Assembly: GCF_009834535.1 (NCBI RefSeq)
Contig: NC_045696.1
Location: forward strand, 65,350,001-65,414,000
Direction: 5' to 3'
DNA: 64,000 nucleotides
DNA from: Camelus ferus
Taxonomy: Eukaryota
Below the pieces are notes generated by a model. That model saw only the letters and a program-made list of their open reading frames with translations, ran no database searches and had not been told where the DNA came from. Positions 49,680 to 63,300 of this stretch are shown here, one piece after another; the first letter of the stretch is position 1, and each line of letters opens with the position of its first letter. A program made the position numbers and the translations under genes.

Positions 49680-50400
49680 AATGACTAAGGTTATCATGTT
49701 AATCTTATAAAACCTCACACAAATTAATGAGAATAAGACCAAAATACTTGTTAATTAACACAAGATTATATTAACTAAACACACCTGAAAATGTGCATAA
49801 CCTACTAGTGACCACTGAAGTGCAAATAGAAATAATGTAACAACCCTGATTACTTATCACATTAACACTTTTTCCCCAAAACAACAATGTACAGATTTAA
49901 CAGGATATAGTGAAAGAGGACTTGCAAACATTGCTGTTTCAATGTGTTCTTATTAGTCCTAAATATGTTCATAACCCTTGACCTAGAAAGTATACCACTC
50001 AAGAAATATCTTATGGAAATAATATTTAATTTAAAATGTGTTTATAAACAAAACTGTCTCAGCAGAATTTATAAAAATATAAAACTTAGAGGGATTTTAA
50101 AAAGTTAATTTAAACAATACGGAATGGCCAAATAAACCTGATGAAATATTATGAAACCATTAAAAAACTTACTGCTTCATGTGGAAAACTACCCATAGTA
50201 TTTCTAAGTGTGAGAGGCATGTTACAATATTTCACATAAAATGTAATTATAATCCTGTATTTGAAAGTGCTATAGAAACACACTAGAAGAAAATACTAAA
50301 AAAATCAACATTGGTGATATTTAACTCAGGTGAATATATAAGTTTTCCTTTGCTTTCCTTAATTTTCACGTTATCTTAATAAGGATATATTACTTGGTAT
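49680..50400 (+). mobile_element. L1ME-class 3' fragment
   Basis: AAATATGTTCATAACCCTTGACCTAG...GATGAAATATTATGAAACCATTAAAA. Confidence 0.6.
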
Positions 50401-52519
50401 AGGTTTTTTTGATTATGTTAAATTCATTGATCACATTATTTAGTAGCAATCACTAAAGTGTGCTTAATGGAACACAAAGAGCACTATTAAAAAGGTGGCT
50501 ATAACACTTGGTGTTGTACATAGGGGATGATCTCAAGGAGAAAGTGTCTGCTTATTGGGCTGAGCTCAAGGCTGCCAGAGGGGCTATAAAATTTAGGGGC
50601 AAAATTCAGAAAAGGAAGTCTCTACAAAGTATGAGCATCAAAATATGCATAATATATCGTTTAGGTTAACTCCTAAAATACCGTGTATGAGTCAAGTTCC
50701 CAAGGAGAGCAACACCTAGCAGCCTGAAATAGCCAAGAATAGATATTAACAACAGTAGAGGTCTGTAAAAGTAGAGTTGTAGAATTCATATCTTGCCAAG
50801 TTAGAGGGGCTTGGTAAGCCTTTCAAACTTTTCAATAAAACCAGAGAATAGATATATTTTAATAATAAGGACCATATCCCAGGATTAAAAACAGTAAGAC
50901 AAGTGAACAAGCAACATAAACAAAAAGAGACCCACCACAATAAAGTCTAAAGCCAATCTTCCACAGGAACAATATGATGTCAGTAATTAACTGCCTGTTG
51001 GAGCAAAACTTATAAAACTCAATACCTTTAATAGGCAGATTTCAAGTCCTACACTGTATCGCTCACCATACCCACCATACAATAAAAAATTACTATTCAT
51101 GTGAAGAAGAAAAAAAATCTCGAGGAATGTGATCAAATAACTTTCAAAACTACTATGCTACACTTCTTTATTGAGGAAACATAATGGGAAAAAAATCCTG
51201 AAAACTCTCTGAAGTCTACAGGAAAGAAATCTGTCCAACTTCATTAACCCAATATTTCCCAAGCTTATTTCATAATAGAAAAAGTCAGGGAAACATGACA
51301 CACTTAAGAACACTTTGAGGACAAAGTTCTCACCAATTACAATATATAATAATCATTCTAGTTGGGTAATTTGTTCTAATAAAAGATGTAAGCTTTCAGT
51401 GTCTCTCCAAATACACTGGAAAATATATCACATTAGCAGCCTACCATCTCCCAGTAACATCCCCTTGTCTTTAGAGTCTCTCATCACAGACACCCCTCTA
51501 CTGGATTTTCTACATATTGTCTGTTTCAGTTACCAACTTCTGACCTAATGTTTTTGTGTTTATATCATTGAAATGTATTTTAGCCTTCCAAAATGTTAAA
51601 ACCATACAGTGCTACATTAATACATGTGGTAATCACATCTAAAATAAAATGAAAATGAAAGTTTAAACAAGGACTCCTTGGAGAGCTCCTGAGTGCTCTG
51701 TTTTGCATCGTCACGCCTAATTTCATTATTACTTTCCTCTACCCTGGGGAACATTATGTTCTTCTGAAACTTTATTATTTTGCTGCTGTTTATAAAGCTT
51801 TGGGGACCATGCATATGGAATTATGATGATTAATTCTTCTGGGTGCCCCTCTAACTCAAACTACTAAAATATAAACAAGGACAAGCCAGTAATCAGAATT
51901 AGAAATGACTATGGAAGGAAAAATTTGGCACTTAGTTTTTACAGATAGGAAATACATTTTAACTAATTCTCAATTTTCACATGAGGAGTTAGGAGGGTTA
52001 TTATGAACTCAGAAAACTCCAGAGGAAATCAAGCAACTTCCCATTTAATTTCAGAGGAGATCAAATAAATTCCTTTCTATTCGATTTCTGGTTATACGCA
52101 TTGAGGTAATTTATCTAGATTTTTCAGATCAGAATCATTTCTTCCTTCTTCCTTATATAGAAGAAAAAAAATAACTTGGAGGAAATATTTTAAAATGCTT
52201 CCCTCCCAGCCTCATTTTGATATTAGCATTTCTCCAGCTTGGAAGTCTGTGTATCACCATGACCCACACACTTACATGGAATTCTAATAAGTCTTTTTAT
52301 TTGAGGAGGAAGTCCTTTGATACAGATCTATCATTCTGTAGAAGTAGCCACTCATAAATTATGTGGATGGACGGCCATGACTTGTGAAAAACAAATAGTT
52401 CAAAAGAGAATGACTCAAAGAAAGAGATGAACATTAACATGCTCTCATCCTTGGAAAGATCTGAGAGTCAATTTCATTCATGGAAAAAAAAAATAGACTG
52501 CTACAGAAAGATACCGATT

Positions 52520-53170
52520 CTAAAACTGATCATCTCTAAATGTGGTCCAACCAGGCACTGTGTTCCCCTTGATATGATACAATACAAAGTACACAGTGCC
52601 AGCTATGATGTATACTTGCCAAAAATATTAGACATGAGTTTTTATCTCTAATTTCTAATTCATAGGAAACATAGTGGACAGAAAAATAAATTATACCATA
52701 AGGAGGCAATCAGATAAATCTTGAATTTGGGCCTTCTGACAAATTATGTGGTTTCCTCAAAAGTCAATGACACACACACACACACACACACACAAGAAGG
52801 GCAGACTAAAAGAGACTTTATTTGAAATTTGATTCAAATAAACCAGATAAAAAAAGTTATTTTAACGGGCAACTGGGAACAATTGAAAATGGATTTGTTA
52901 TTAGAATAAGTTAATGTATATTTTTAAGTTTTGATGGTGTGATAATAGTGTTGTATGTAAGAAAGTGTTCTCAGATTTTTAAAGATGAAGCTATAGTATT
53001 TAAGGTTAACATGCAGTGAAATTACTAAAATAATTATTAAAATGAGATACACTGCACAGTAATAAGAAAGATTAAAAAGATAAAGATATACAATGAGATG
53101 ATGCTTGTTAAATACAGGGGATCATTAATGAATGTTAATTAGTCTGTTCTCTCCATGTTTATGCAATGTG
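52520..53170 (+). mobile_element. L1MC/ME-class 3' UTR fragment
   Basis: CCTTGATATGATACAATA...TATGATGTATACTTGCCAAAA...GGTGTGATAATAGTGTTG. Confidence 0.65.
52771..52794. repeat. (CA)12 microsatellite
   Basis: Read directly. Confidence 0.97.
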
Positions 53171-53718
53171 TATTATCAAATCTTAGATGCTAGCCAATGT
53201 ACCACTAAAGAAGAAAAGAGGCAAGAATTAAATTATGGCACACCATCGATTGTGAGATACATTCTAACCTTAGAGATATTGAGCTGAAAAATTATGAGTG
53301 CCTAAAAATCAGTGAAATTCTGTGTGTTTGGAATTTTTCATAAAAAGAAAAAAAAAAGAAGAAGTGAAGTTTTGGAAGTTACAAACGTGTGTAAGAAGTG
53401 AAGTTGAGGTGGGAGTCAGGGAGGCAAATGATCCCAATTGTTTTAGACAGAAGTCCTGCCTGGTAAGAGATAACTGTGCCCCTTCCTGATAGAGAAGGCA
53501 GGTTCATCCTTAAGTGGTCTGGTTTGTGTGTTTGTCTGGGAAACTGGGAAAAGTGTGTCACCCACATGGCTCACAGGCTTGCATGGAGGTACTAAGAAAT
53601 GACTATCCCAGTTGAAGCACAGTCCGAGAGTCTCCTGGCTCCTATACTCGGGGAGGAAAAGTCCCTAGATAAAATGTAACTTTCTCTGGAAAGATGGAAA
53701 ATTTAGAAGGGGAGAATC

Positions 53719-55070
53719 TGTAACAAGGTTAAAACTCAAAATATAAATCTAGTTTTTCTCTGTACATTCCTTTCTTTTATTTTTTATTCCCTGGAGAGCA
53801 TTTTTTGTTCGTTAAAGTTACTGGAAAGAAAAAACAAAACTTTAAGGGACCAACCCCTTATCTCAGTTATAAATGTCTAAGTAACAGTGAAGAATCTTGC
53901 CTGTAGGTTATATATATCTTTTTTCTCCTAAAAGGAACTGGGTAAGCCTGGAACCAGAGGAAAGGAGAGAGAAGTGGAGTGTGGCTCTTATTGACAGGTG
54001 GAAATTAGCAGATGGCCTGGGTGAAAAGGACCAAGGGTAGAAGGAACTCAGAACTGTCCTGGGTGTGGGCTTTCTCCACACCAGACTGTCCTGGTACCTG
54101 ACGCCAATCTGCCATCTGACAGTCCTGGACCTGTGTCAGAAGGAAGGGCGTTTGAGTCTCCAAACTCTATAACAGAGTTTGATTATTTGTGCCTAAGTCA
54201 GAGAAGGCCAAAACAGAACATGGAGTGGGCTGTAACATATTTTGGGGAAATCCTGAGGGCATCGGAAAGGCTAACTGCATGCTTTGGTGGCAGAGCAGGA
54301 GAGTGTGACCGCGTAGGGATAGATCTTCACACCCAGAGGCTGCTGGGTGAAGCATGCAGATTTGGAGGCTACTTAGAGTCCTGTCCAATGTGTTGGCCGG
54401 GGAGTCTAGGAAATCTAAGAAGAAAGTGACTGAAATTATCCCCCCAGATGTACCTAGTTTCAGAAGGAACCACTGCAAATTACTGCTGTGAAGAAAGAAG
54501 CACCTGGAATGAAGGCAAGAGAGCTCAGCAGGAAACCTGTGGAAAGCCATTAAAAGGCTCCAGGAGAGAAAGAATCATCCTGAAACATCTGGCACACCCA
54601 GAGAACTCAAAGCTGGCATACAGAAGGACAAGTTCAAGTAAAAACCCTCTGCTTTACCTTTTTCCCCACTTTAACCTCGATGGGAATAGCAGGGAGTGAG
54701 TAGGGAAGGAGGTGAGCACAGCGGGAAAAGGAGAAGCCAACTGTGCTCTGATTTCCCAGCCTGCAGTGCCTTCAACTGGCAAAGGGAGAAGATTTAACAC
54801 AAGTGAGGATGTCTGTGGCTCAAGGTGACAGTAGGATTGTCTATTGTCAAACATTTGGCAGAAAATTCATGACTTCGCTGGAGTTTTTAATCCAGGGACA
54901 GGACAAAAATTAAACTGTTTCATTTTATTGAGAATCATGGGGGTTTTTTTTGTTCGTTTTGGTACATTGTCAAGTATGATCACTGCCCTTCCTTAATCTG
55001 GAGGAAGTTCCAAATCTTCTCCAGGGGTGAGGCAAGTAATAGTAGCAGCCTATCCCAAATCCCCAAAACA
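53719..55070 (+). mobile_element. Gypsy-type LTR (MamGypLTR-like) preceded by a polypurine tract
   Basis: Starts TGTAACAAGGTTAAAA just after AGAAGGGGAGAA (53705-53716); 3' part AAGGTGACAGTAGGA...ATCCAGGGACAGGACAAAAATTAAAC resembles MamGypLTR1; right boundary uncertain. Confidence 0.6.
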
Positions 55071-55899
55071 CTGGTGTGGCTAGGTGAGTTTCTCCTGGGT
55101 GAGTTTATGTCCTTTGGTTCCATTTGCTGGACGGCTGAAGTCCACTGGCATCCATGGAGCTAAAAACAAAATTTCTTCATCTACTCTCCTTCCTCAGGCG
55201 GTGGGTTCAGGAAAGGAAATTTTGCCTAATAAACCAGCTGTGGATGGAAGATGACCTTATTCTCTGAATGGAGCAGTTATTGAGTTAATGCCCTGATAGT
55301 ACTGGGTGTCCCATTAACTCTCAGGACTTCTGAAACATTAGGCATATCAGAGACTAAGCACTGAATCAGCACAACCGCACAACCTTTGAGACCCTGAAGC
55401 TAGTGAGAGGCATGCTGAATGTAGCTGCCAATAGAAAAATCACTTTTTTTTGGGAAAAAGCATCAAGAACACCTAGATGTAGATGTAAATGAGACTGAAC
55501 TGGATAAAGTGTTCAAGAGCACTGAAATCTCTTTGGACGTTTAATTCGGTAAGGTAAAATAATTTTATTTTAGGACTTTAATTATTTTAAATTTTGATGC
55601 CCTTATCTTTCACTTTCAGAGATTTTTTAATCTTCAAGCTTTTATTTCCCCTAGGAGCTTGATATGATATTACAATTTGGGGCATCTCTGCATTGTTGGC
55701 TTTTATTGTTGGAATGTCTTCATAGATTAAAAATATAATTGACAATTTAGAAATCAATAATATTTATTTCTAAATATAGAGGGTGGAAGAAGGAAATAGT
55801 CTGGATGTTTAAGCTTGAATTCTCTTTATTGGGTTGTTAAAAGACTAGGACCAAAGGTGATTTGTTAATATTTATCTCATCACAATTGGTTTTGCAGTT

Positions 55900-56500
55900 T
55901 TTAAAGGTCACCTAGCAGGTGAAGAACGCATTGGAAACAGCAAAAACAGAAATAGGGAAAGTAGTTGGGATGCTGTTGCATAATCTTTGTGGGATATGAT
56001 GAAAACAGGAACTGGATTAAACAGCATTGGTAGAGAGAGAGTGAGGGAGAGAGGATTCAGAGCTAGTGACTGACTGGGTTTTGATGGTGAGAGGTAAGAG
56101 AGAGGGAAGACTAAGATGACGCCTGTATTCCCAGACTGCAAAATTGGGTGAACGGTGACAGCATCACTGAAACATAGACTGTTAGAGAGATATGGATTTG
56201 GGTGGAGAAAGGGATAATTAGGTCAATTTGTGACTTGCTGAATTTGAGTTGTCTAAAGTGTGAAACTTTGGTGTGAAACTCTTATTGGTGTTTGGATATA
56301 GAGGCCAAGTAGTCAAGAGAGAAATTTATCTTGAAGGTACTAATTTGGAATTTAAATCACTTGAAACCATAGCAATAGATGATTATAAACCAGTATAAAA
56401 GCACAAAGTGGTAAGAAAGAGGTAGGAGCCTCAGATAAAATTATAAGGAGACAAATGTTTAAGGGAGGAAAACGGTTAAAGGAAATAGGAGGAATGACCA
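55900..56500 (-). mobile_element. L2 LINE
   Basis: GTTGGGATGCTGTTGCATAATC...GAGGGAAGACTAAGATGAC...ACTTGCTGAATTTGAGTTGTCT. Confidence 0.8.
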
Positions 56501-57079
56501 GGAAAGAATATATTTCCCTGTGGCTTGATAAAGTTTCACCTCAGATTTCTCTCCCAGTGGACTACTGCAAAGTCCACTCTTAAGAGTTATTCCCTAAGCT
56601 CAAGAAAGGATTTCTTCAGCTCTTCCATAAAGAATATGAACCAACCTAAAACTCCAGTGCTGTGTGTTTTACTTGACTTGTTCTCTGATTAATTTATCTT
56701 ACACCTCCTCCCACCCACCAAGTGTGTCATCTTGAGAGCAAGAAGTAGGTCTTCATCATGATCACTAGACCTTCCTTGATCTTGTATTTTAGAACTTGTA
56801 TAGTGCTTTTACATTCACAGTCTAACCTGCCACTCATGCAAGGCAGTCAGAACAGGATTCAAATTATGTCCAGGATTTTTTGTTCGTTTGTTTTGGGAGT
56901 ATGTTATAGCTACTGTGGATAAAGAGATGGCCTCCAAGTTTGCATTAGGGATATTCAGTCTGACTGGGAACTGAGAATGCACAGACTTGTGACTGAAAGC
57001 CAAAATTAGAACAGCGCTATACTGAAAAAGGTTCTGCCCCATTTTGTATATGAAGAGAGGGATTTGGATTCAACACCAC

Positions 57080-57310
57080 CTTATGCTCCAGGCACTATTA
57101 AGGCTTTCCACCTGCTATTTAAAATAATACTCACAACAATCTGGGAGGAAAGATTATTATTTTCAGTTCATACAGATGAGAGAACTTAAATTGAGAAGAG
57201 AGGAACGTGAACTCATCCAAGATCACATCACACAGCTAGTTAAGAAGAGAAGCTCTGCCATGAGCCATTTTTCTGGGTCACAAATACACCATGTCCTTTC
57301 CACTTACACT
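57080..57310 (-). mobile_element. MIR SINE
   Basis: CCAGGCACTATTAAGGCTTT...CTCACAACAATCTGGGAGG...TACAGATGAGAGAACT...CCAAGATCACA...CACAGCTAGTTAAG. Confidence 0.8.
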
Positions 57311-58573
57311 AAAGTGCAAAGGGCCTACTTCCTCATATTCTCATGAAGCTGCTTCTGAGCATTTAACAAGTGTTTAATAATTTAAAATTATGCAGTTTTC
57401 TGAAATTGAAACAAGAACCTACTTGAAGATATTTTGTGAACCTTGAACTTTTTCCATTTTTATTCTCTCTGAATTAACTGTACATAATTAGTGAGTGGGG
57501 AAATTACTACAAACAGACTCTCCAGCCTCCCTTTACTTAGACAATTATGCATCTAGATTGTTTTTAAAGTACTTAAATTCACCTGTATTTTGGTGAGTGG
57601 ATGGGGACTGAACTAGAAAAGAGGTACTAGGACTTGGATCTTACAAGGAGAAAAACTTATAAAAGCAGATCCGAGGGAGCCTCAGATTAATATTCTCCAC
57701 CTCAGAATTTATATAAACTATTAGGCAAATTTATTTAATTGGTGAGGCAGGCTATTTCCATGACTCAGGACATTATCCCTAGGAAGACCCTGAGGTAAAT
57801 GTTGCTTGGATTGTAAGCCCAAGTCCACTAGAATTTCAGAATTGAAACAGAAGTTTCTGTAATTTTATCCAACATTTCCTTTAACACATAGAATTATTAA
57901 AAGCTACAATAAACCAAAGCTCGCAAAGCAATAACCTAGGACATAGGATCAAACTCTTGGTCTCCAACTACTTAATCCAAATTTCTTTTCACTGCAGTGT
58001 ATTTTTCCCATCATGTTTTATACACACTCATACCACCCTCATCCCCACCATACACACACAATTAAAAATTAAGGAGTTCAAAAAACATGAATACAGAATA
58101 TGTTAGTATTCTTAAATGGACTTTGCATGAATAGAAGAAAAAATATAATAAACCATTTCCTATCTTATGTATTGAAAATATAAGCTTAAAAGCCTAAAAT
58201 GCAACACAATGGAATAATCATAAACCTGTACATTCACTGAACTTTGGTGAAGTGGATATTTCCCAAGTTAATTTGACCAGGTAGTACAGTATTTCATTTG
58301 CTTTGTTTTTGTTGTTGTTTTTTGTTTCTTAGTTTGCTTGATTTTTATAGTATTGAGGACAATGCTGTAAACAATGTACCATTTTCTATCGCTTTATATT
58401 TTCCTAAATGTCAATCAAGTATACGTAGAAAAGTATGAAAAGATTTCTCAATAGTTTTTCCTCAAAAAACTTACACCTGCAAGACTCAGAGATTCAGATT
58501 CTACTTCAGCTTAGGATAAAGAAATCTGCAAGAGAGAGTCCCTTCCACACTAACAATGAGAAAAACCCACATA

Positions 58574-58806
58574 CAGATGACCCTTGAACAACACAGGTTT
58601 GAACTGCACAGGTCCACTTAGATGTGAATTTTTTAAAATAAACACCTACAACAGTACTACACAATCCACAGTTCATTGACTCCATGAATGAGGAACAGCC
58701 CAGTCAAGAGGGCTGTTTATAAAGCTGTATGGGAATTTTCAACTCTATGTGGTGGGGAGGGATGTTGGTACCTCTAAATTCTGCACTATTGTTAAAGAGT
58801 CAACTG
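58574..58806 (+). mobile_element. MER8/Tigger2-type MITE
   Basis: TIRs CAGATGACCCTTGAACAA...TTGTTAAAGAGTCAACTG; TA on the left flank. Confidence 0.9.
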
Positions 58807-61800
58807 AAATGTGAAAATATATAATTTTTCTTGAACCTGTCACGGACCTTAGGTCACAACTTGACCAAGTGGACACAAAGGAACTGAATTCTAAAGAGAA
58901 TAAGCCCCTCTGAGTAGAGATGGCACCACAGGAACGTTCACCTTTGGCAGTAACGGTAGCACAGGAGTAGGAAAAAACAAATCCATTAAATTTTAAAGAC
59001 TTCATAAGGCTAGGTGTGGGAGTCTCAGAAACAAATAAGCCTCCATGGGTATCCGGATGAAATGGAGGGGCAGAACAAGAGACTGAAGAAAGCCCTGTCC
59101 TGTCACAGACATACAGGGGTGATTGGCTGCTGCTGCAGAATAAGCACAAAGTACTACTTACATACACAGCAAAAACAAAAATAAACACAATAATAACAAC
59201 AACAACAACTTAAAACATGGAGGAGGACAGGCATTAAATAATATTCTTTCCTCAAATACAATGCAAAGATTGGGATGTGTAGAAGCAAATACTGTCTAAC
59301 TCTGGAGAGGGACAGAAAACTGTTGGTACCAGGATAATGCACTGGCACAAATCAGAGGTGTGCCACTACCGAGGGAAGGAAAGGAAGCTCTCCAAGCTCA
59401 GTCTCGTCACAGGCACAAAGCAGAGTTTGGCTGTCATTTGTAAGAGGAATAGGAACACCAAGAGGTCCTATTCCCAACACCCAAGTACACAGGCCCCACC
59501 CAAGAGTGAGGCTGGACCTAGAGAACTGAGAACAGCCCCTGTTCCCAGCATAGGCCTAACACTGAGTAGCAGTCAACAACAGTCCACCACCAGGGCGGGA
59601 GCAAATGCATGGAAAGTGACCCCTTCTTGATGAGCAGAAACTTCTGAAAGCTGAAAGTAGCACAGGAATATAACGAAAAATGTGCCAGCACCGAGCTCCT
59701 ACAAGGTAATGGCACAGCACAAGATAACCACAAGATAACAGCAGGCCTCCACTAGAGGAAATCAAAGCCTGTAGAAACAAGGAAACAGTGAAACTCAAAC
59801 CTTACTCAGCTATTGACTAGACTGACTCAACCCTCCACACCAGCAGCCTGAAAGCAGAGGTGTGCCCATTTCTGACATAAATATTACTCAATTGCAATGA
59901 ATCTTCTTTACACACTGTATGGCATTCAGTCACTAATCATATGACACCACAAAAAGCAAGAAAATAAAAAAGTCTACTGTTAAGAGGTAGCATAATCAAT
60001 AAATTATGCCTTAGATGAACCAGATGTTTGAACTACCAGATAGGAAATTTAAATTTACTATGATTAACATGTCAAAGATTCTAGCTGGACAACATGCATA
60101 AACAGAGAATTTCAGCAAAGAAATGGAAACTATAAAATATATTGAAGTGGAAATGCTAGATATTAAAACCATAATAGCAGAAATAAGTTCCCTTGAGGAC
60201 AGAATTAGTGAACTCTAATAAAGGTCAATGGAAATTATCCATATGAAAAACAGAGAAAAAAAGAGTAGGAGAAAACGGATCATCTAGGAGCTGTAGGACA
60301 GTATTAGCCTAACACATATGTGAGTGGAATTCCAGAATAAAAAAGAAAAGAAAAGGACTGAAGAAATATTTGGACAGATGACAGTAGGAAATTTTCTAAA
60401 ATTAACAAAAGGCAATAAAACACAGATTTAAGAAGCTCAGAGAACTACAAGCAGAACACATTAAAAAAAGAAGAAAAAAGAAGATGCATCATAGTCAAAG
60501 TACTGAAAACCAAAATTGAAAAGGAAAATTTAAAGGCACTATAGAAAAAAGAAATTATGTATATATACACACAAATATATATATACAAAATACAAATACA
60601 TATAATATACATATATATACACAAAAAAAGGTCAAGAATTACAAGACATCTTATAATAGCTATGAAACTCAAAAGACAGTGGTTCAACATCTTTAAATTA
60701 CTGAAAGAAAAAAACTCTACATCTTGAAATTATTGAAGGAAAAAATAATAACCCAATCCTATACACAAGAGAAATATTTTTCAGGAATGACAAAATTAAG
60801 AAATTTCAGATAAATGAAAGCTGAATTATCCATTACTAGCAGTCCTTAACAATAGAAAATGTTAAAGAAATTTCTTCAGTCTGAAGTATAATAGCAACAG
60901 AAATTTTGATCCACATAAAGGTAGAGGACCAGAAATAGTAAAAATTGTGCTAATTGTTTTAAGAGATAACAGCCTGTAAGATAAAAGACCTTACAATTCA
61001 TCATGAACTTCATATATAGAAATAAAGATATAACAGTAATCACACAAAGAATGGGAGAAATGAAGCAGTGCTTCTTGTAAAGTACTTAAACGCTATTCAA
61101 AAAATATATTATTTTACTTTAGATTGTGGTAAATTAAATAAATATATCACAAACCTGAGAGCAACCACTAAAAGAGTATTTTTTAAAAAATATAACTGAA
61201 TAGGTCAATAGCGTAGTTAAAACTGAATTATAAGTAATACTCAATTTAGCAGAAGGTAGAAAAAGATTATTAAAAAGTATGAAGAAAAAAATGGGACAAA
61301 TAGAAAACAACTACCAAGATGGTAAATTTAAATCTAACATGTTAAATAATTCTCAGTGTAAATGGTGCAAACACTTCAATTAGACAGAAGTTGTCAGAGT
61401 GCATAAAAAAGCAATATTCAAATCTATACTGCTTACAATAAATCTATGTTACTTTAAATAAAAAGATATAAATAGGTTGCAAGGAAAAGGATTGGAAAAT
61501 ATACACAATATATAAACAAACACTAATAAAAAAGGCTGAAGTGACTATATGAATGCCAAAGTAGGAATATCAGAAATATTATTATGATAAAAAGGCAGTT
61601 CATTAAGATGACATTATAATTGTTTTTGCATTTATCAAACTGCATAATTTCAAGAACAAGTGAGAAAGATAACTTCACAATTATAATTGGAGGCTTCAAA
61701 ACTACTCTCTTAGTATTTGATAGAAAAAACAGAAAAATCTATTAAGACTATCAATGATCTGAAAGACAGTACCAAGAAATTTGACCGAATTGACATTTGT

Positions 61801-62906
61801 TGAGCACTCTACCATGAGCAAGTGCACATGGAACACTCACAAGGAGAAAGGATAGATATCCTGTGTCATGAAAACAAACCACAAAAAATTTAAAATAATT
61901 GAAATACAAACTGCTTTATTTCACCAAAATGTAATTAAACTGAACATCAATAACAGAAATACATCTGGAAAATACCCAAAGATTAGGAAACATTTACAAA
62001 AGATATGACACCAACTCTACACAAAATTTTCCTTAATATAGAAGAGGATGAAACATTTCCCAATTACTTTTATGAGGCCAATATTACCCCGATTCCAAAA
62101 CCAGCCTAGCATATTAAAGAAAAGGAAACTATAGGCAGAAATTCCTAACAAACCTGTAAACAGTAGCTATAATAAGATACTAGTAATCAAATAAAAGGAT
62201 ATCTAGAAAGGATGATCATCATGAACAATTAGTGTTATCTAAGAAATCAAAGTTTAGGACAGCATTCAAAAAATCAAATTCACCATATTAACACACTAAA
62301 AGAGAAACCCGTATGATCATCTCAATAGATACAGGAAAAGCATTTGTTAACATGCACTGTTCATTACTGATAAAACCTTTCAGCAAGCCAGGGATAGAAG
62401 GAAACTGCCTCCAGGATAAAGAGTATTTATTAAAAACCTGCAACTAACACCATCCTTAGTGGTTAAGGACTGAACGCTTTCTCCCTAAAACTGGGAAAAA
62501 TGCAAGAATGTATCTTCTCATCACTCTCGCTTGGCATCACACTTAAGGTCCTAGTCAGTGCAAGAGGCAAAAAAAAAAAAGGGGGGGGTAGTATATAGAT
62601 TGGTAAGACAAAAACAAAACTATATTTATCCATAAATTATATTTTTTAAAACTTGAAGGAATTTCCAAAATAAGCTATTAGATCCAGCTCCAGTAGTTAA
62701 TAGAATAAAAGTAAATATACTAAATTCTGTTGTCTTTCTAATAACTAGCATCAAAAATTAAATTTTAAATACTATTTACAATAGCATAAAAACCATAAAT
62801 ACTTAAGGACAAATAAGTGTAAAATGTGTAAGATTTGTATACTGAAAGCTACAAAGCACTTGTTAAAACTCCAATTCTCTCCAAATTGATTTATACATCC
62901 AAAATA

Positions 62907-63127
62907 CAGTTGACCTTTGAATAATGCAGGAGTTAGGGGCGCCAACCCTCCACGCAGGCAAAAATCTGCATATAACGTTACAGTCTGTATCCATAGTTCT
63001 TCATCCATGGATTAAACCAACTCTGGATCACAGAACTATGTGTACTACTGTAGTAACATTTTTGGTGAAAAATACCTGTGTAAAGTGGACCCATGTAGTT
63101 CAAATCATGTTGTTTAAGTATCAACTG
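62907..63127 (-). mobile_element. MER8/Tigger2-type MITE
   Basis: TIRs CAGTTGACCTTTGAATAA...TTGTTTAAGTATCAACTG; TA duplicated on both sides. Confidence 0.9.
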
Positions 63128-63300
63128 TAATCCACATCATAATCCCACTGGTTTTCTTTTGGTGGCAATTGATGAGATTGTTCTAAAATTTATGTGTAAA
63201 TGCTAATGATCTTGAATAGGCAAAATAATATTGAAGAACAGAGTTGGAAAACTCACATTGCTTGATGCAAAGATCTACTGTAGTCAAAACTACAGTCATC

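Larger units (their letters stand above)
58497..63300 (+). mobile_element. Long decayed L1M (5' UTR, ORF1, ORF2)
   Basis: Colinear order: 5' UTR ~58500-60000; ORF1-like 60000-60900 (AAAAGACAGTGGTTCAACATCTTTAAA); endonuclease ~61330; RT (TTTTATGAGGCCAATATTACCC, ATGATCATCTCAATAGATACAGGAAAAGCATTTG). Many stops. Confidence 0.85.

Noticed and set aside
54133..54854. Cluster of ORFs in a GC-richer island
   Set aside because: Within the LTR-like sequence; no gag/pol or host motifs
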